64,000 nucleotides of DNA from Candidatus Saccharimonadota bacterium (lineage in GTDB: Bacteria > Patescibacteriota > Saccharimonadia > Saccharimonadales > Saccharimonadaceae): positions 22,962 to 86,961 of the forward strand of contig JAFQXV010000014.1 in the NCBI GenBank assembly GCA_017406775.1, read 5' to 3'. The position numbers were made by a program, and so were the translations under genes. Shown here in pieces: positions 60,734 to 64,000 of the stretch (positions are counted from its first letter, which is position 1; the number at the start of each line of letters is the position of its first letter). Below the pieces are notes generated by a model. It was not told the origin of the DNA, searched no databases, and worked only from the letters and a program-made list of their open reading frames with translations.

Positions 60734-61595
60734 AGAAATCGCAATTGGAAAGCGGGCTAAAATTTCAGAAGCTCAACAATACATGTTCTTTGCTGTTACC
60801 GTTGCGGCTATATTCCTCGGTATTGCCTTATCGTTAATCTCTCATTTTGTTCAGCAAATCTCATTTAATATTGATGTTATTATGGCCTCCGATCAATCAA
60901 TCGTAGCCTATTCAGATGCCATCAAAACCATCGGTATTTGTAAAAAACCCAGCGGCAGTGTCTACTCCGATGATGAATTAAAAAAATGTAATCCAAATAC
61001 CATTACGACTTCGGAAATCCCTGGCACTCTAAGAGCAAACATCTTAGAGAATATCGCCGCAAGCGAAGCTCTAGATTCCGTTCCCAACAAAAATGTATCT
61101 AGCTGTATCAATCCATCTACTGGCAAAAACTACACCTACAAGGAGCTAAACGACAATTATAATCAGGCCGAAGGTGCCGAAGCTTTAAGTGCCGCTAGTC
61201 AATTAATTAAAAGTTGCTCTGCTTTACGTGTAATTCCAGACGCTTTGCCAGCCTTTAAAAATGAAGAAGCTCTCCTTGCCAGCCTTAACAAGTTATTTAT
61301 TGAATCAAATTGGGAGCCAGAATCAATCAGTCCAAGCGGTTCGGCCTCGCAGTCTACATCCACTAATGGACTAAATACTATATCTCTTAGACTCCCGTTT
61401 GAGGCGGATACTAACACTACAATGACGATTTTAAACAATATAGAACGCTCAATTCGTGAGTTTAATATTACTCGCGCTACTATTAGTTGGGAAAACGACA
61501 ACAGGTTGTCTATTTCTGCACACGCCGATGCCTACTATACAGATGAATCCACCATTAAGGAATCTACCAAAACCATTAAAGCGGAGGGAAAATAA
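60726..61595 (+). CDS. PilO-like membrane protein
   Basis: TM then LNNIERSIREFNI; position; start at ATG 60726. Confidence 0.6.
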   Translation: MAKEIAIGKRAKISEAQQYMFFAVTVAAIFLGIALSLISHFVQQISFNIDVIMASDQSIVAYSDAIKTIGICKKPSGSVYSDDELKKCNPNTITTSEIPGTLRANILENIAASEALDSVPNKNVSSCINPSTGKNYTYKELNDNYNQAEGAEALSAASQLIKSCSALRVIPDALPAFKNEEALLASLNKLFIESNWEPESISPSGSASQSTSTNGLNTISLRLPFEADTNTTMTILNNIERSIREFNITRATISWENDNRLSISAHADAYYTDESTIKESTKTIKAEGK

Positions 61596-61949
61596 ATGAA
61601 AAAAGATTTAGCCGCATCTATTGTAGTAGCCATAATTGGAGCTACAATTGCATTTTTTGTCACTAATCTTTTTATTGGTCCCATAGAAGATGCTACTATT
61701 AAGACTATTACTTCCACGGTGGATGCCAACCTGGCCGAGCCAAACCCAGAGTTGTTTAATTATAAAGCCTTGAACCCAACCGTAGAAGTATATGTGGGTA
61801 ATTGTACAGAATTCGACGCTAACGGGAACTGCATCAACATGATAGAAGAAAATACCGAAACGTCCAACGACGTCGAATCCGCAAAAGATAACTCGTCATC
61901 CAATTCGGGCAGTTCCAGTAATAGCCAAACTAATCAGGGCAATTTGTAA
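61596..61949 (+). CDS. Small PilP-like pilus-associated protein
   Basis: TM, FNYKALNP motif; position before pilB. Confidence 0.45.
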   Translation: MKKDLAASIVVAIIGATIAFFVTNLFIGPIEDATIKTITSTVDANLAEPNPELFNYKALNPTVEVYVGNCTEFDANGNCINMIEENTETSNDVESAKDNSSSNSGSSSNSQTNQGNL

Positions 61950-63709
61950 TGGCGCAACTAACTGAAGCGGCCGAAAGAAGAATCCTAGATCTTCTAATTG
62001 GAGAAGGTCTAGCTGATGCTAATTTGGTACAGGCAGTGCAACAGCAGCCAATTCCAGAAGGAAAAACATTTTTACAGAATCTAGTAGAACGCAGAATTAT
62101 TAATGACGATATGGTGGCCCGTGGCACGGCAGCTATTTTGGGTGTACCGTATGTAGAATTAAAAAATATCACTATAGATCAGGATATTTTAGCTAAAATT
62201 CCTAGTGAAGCTTCTAGTCGCGTTCTAGCAGTACCACTAGGCGAAAAAGACGGCATGCTAAACGTTGCCATGGTGGATGTAACTAATGTCCAAGCTACTG
62301 ATTATTTGGCTAGTCTAGTTAACCAACCAATTCGGGTCTGGATGTCTTCAGAACGCGGAATTAAAGAAGCCTTGGAACAGTATCATGGCGATTTTTCTGG
62401 TGTTAATGAGGCGGTTCGTGAAACTGGTGAGGAAGCTGAAAGCGAGCAAAAAGACGTTAAAACAATCGTTCAAGACTCACCAATCTCCAAGGCTCTTACC
62501 ACTATCTTAAGCTATGCTGCCAAAACCAAAGCTTCTGATATCCATATAGAACCGCTCGAAGATTCTCTTATTATTCGTTGTCGTATTGATGGCGTGCTTA
62601 GAAAAATTATGGATCTGCCCAAAACCGTAGCTCCAGCTTTAGTTTCGAGGGTAAAAATTTTAGCCAACCTCAAGATCGACGAACACCGTATTCCTCAAGA
62701 TGGTCAATTTACCGTATTAGTGGATGGACAGGAAATCGATTTACGTATCGCTATCGCTCCAGTCACCTGGGGTGAACAAGTCGTAATTCGTTTGCTCGAT
62801 AAAACCGGTGTATCTATGGAAATAGAAAAAATGGGCATGACTGGGCATGCGTTAAGAGATGTTCTAGAAGGTATCAAAAAACCAAACGGCATGATTCTAA
62901 CTTCTGGACCTACTGGCTCCGGTAAGTCTACTACCCTCTACGCCTTGATTCAACAAATCAAATCTGAGCAAATTAATATTGTAACCCTAGAAGACCCAGT
63001 TGAGTATAAGATGGACGGGATTAATCAAATCCAAGTTAACGAAGATGCCGGACTTACCTTTGGTTCGGGGCTTCGCTCAATTTTGCGTCAAGATCCAGAT
63101 GTTATCATGGTGGGTGAGATTCGTGATTCCGAAACCGCCGGTTTGGCTGTCCAGGCAGCCCTCACTGGTCACCTTGTGTTTTCTACTCTTCATACTAACT
63201 CCGCCGCCGGTATTCTACCACGTCTCCTGGATATGGGTATAGAACCATTCTTGCTTTCCTCGACTCTAAACGTAGTAATTGGTCAAAGACTAGTTCGCCG
63301 TATTACCGAAAAACGTGAGATGATTAAATCAACCGAAGTAGAAACCAAAGGTATTAATAGTATTGTTGGCGATCTCCTACCTACTACCAAAGAAGATGTT
63401 GCTAAAATTAGCGAGGATCTCGGCTATCCAGGTTTACCAGTTAAAAATGACGAGCATTACATGCTGGCTCGTGGTGTAGATTCAAAAGAAACTCCACATG
63501 GCTACTCTGGTCGTACTGGTTTGTATGAAACTATCGTAGTTGATGAGGATATTCAGAAACTAATCATTTCCGAAGCTACCGCTGGCGAAATCATGCGTAC
63601 GGCCAAAGCTAAAGGCACTGTTACTATGCGTCAGGACGGTGTACTTAAAGCTTTGTCTGGAATAACAACTATAGAGGAGGTAAACCGCGTGGCCAGTGAT
63701 TTATCATAA
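61949..63709 (+). CDS. pilB: Type IV pilus assembly ATPase
   Basis: ASDIHIEP, PQDG, GPTGSGKST, TLEDPVE, LRQDPD, GEIRD, TGHLVFSTLHTN. Confidence 0.95.
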   Translation: MAQLTEAAERRILDLLIGEGLADANLVQAVQQQPIPEGKTFLQNLVERRIINDDMVARGTAAILGVPYVELKNITIDQDILAKIPSEASSRVLAVPLGEKDGMLNVAMVDVTNVQATDYLASLVNQPIRVWMSSERGIKEALEQYHGDFSGVNEAVRETGEEAESEQKDVKTIVQDSPISKALTTILSYAAKTKASDIHIEPLEDSLIIRCRIDGVLRKIMDLPKTVAPALVSRVKILANLKIDEHRIPQDGQFTVLVDGQEIDLRIAIAPVTWGEQVVIRLLDKTGVSMEIEKMGMTGHALRDVLEGIKKPNGMILTSGPTGSGKSTTLYALIQQIKSEQINIVTLEDPVEYKMDGINQIQVNEDAGLTFGSGLRSILRQDPDVIMVGEIRDSETAGLAVQAALTGHLVFSTLHTNSAAGILPRLLDMGIEPFLLSSTLNVVIGQRLVRRITEKREMIKSTEVETKGINSIVGDLLPTTKEDVAKISEDLGYPGLPVKNDEHYMLARGVDSKETPHGYSGRTGLYETIVVDEDIQKLIISEATAGEIMRTAKAKGTVTMRQDGVLKALSGITTIEEVNRVASDLS

Positions 63710-63730
63710 TGCCTGTGGTATAATAGAATT

Positions 63731-64000
63731 ATGGAAAATAGTGGGCAACCAGTAAATACAGCAAATGCGATGAATACGGCAAGCGTAGTAAACACTGCTA
63801 ACGCCGTAAATGCTGTTAAGATAGAAACTTTATTAGAAGAGTGTGTTCGTAGAAATGCTTCTGATCTACATATTCAATATGGGCTCCCTCCAATCTTACG
63901 TATTGATGGCGTTTTAACGCCAGTTCCAGGCACTCAGGCCCTCAATGAGGGGGATCTCCAGAGACTGATTTTTGCAACTCTAGACGCAGAACAACAAAAA
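63731..64000 (+). CDS. pilT: Type IV pilus retraction ATPase (partial)
   Basis: Hand translation ..IETLLEECVRRNASDLHIQYGLPPILRIDGVL..; not in ORF track. Confidence 0.88.
   Translation, partial: MENSGQPVNTANAMNTASVVNTANAVNAVKIETLLEECVRRNASDLHIQYGLPPILRIDGVLTPVPGTQALNEGDLQRLIFATLDAEQQK

Overview
A low-GC chromosomal segment spanning the replication origin (jag-yidC-rnpA-rpmH / oriC / dnaA-dnaN-recF). Gene content and style (type IV pilus cluster, compact housekeeping genes, cell-wall hydrolases) suggest a Patescibacteria/Saccharibacteria-like epibiont; this assignment is inference. Left of oriC lie uvrA, a 1044-aa multi-domain cell-wall hydrolase, a large surface glycopolymer locus (Wzm/Wzt, TagD, TagF-like, Glf, GalE, GT2s, Gtr-like genes), a triple ricin-lectin protein, CotH, a LexA lacking its protease domain, and an LCP ligase. 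Right of oriC lie housekeeping genes, four tRNAs, two FemAB proteins, ftsK, rpsF-ssb-rpsR-efp and pilM..pilB-pilT. Main observations: (1) seven GC-rich palindromic segments of about 75-120 bp sit in frame inside five conserved genes (rlmD-like, valS, a P-type ATPase, tsaD three times, tlyA). They share internal hairpin motifs but each has a different terminal stem, reminiscent of Rickettsia palindromic elements. (2) All four tRNAs are followed by 1-2 units of 67-82 nt that end in a copy of that tRNA's own 3' end. (3) About 23 genes have a -10 box only 6-9 nt before the start codon, implying pervasive leaderless mRNA. (4) A 180-bp nested inverted repeat and a promoter-bearing candidate structured RNA are present. 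All family calls come from motif recognition by eye; no searches were run.
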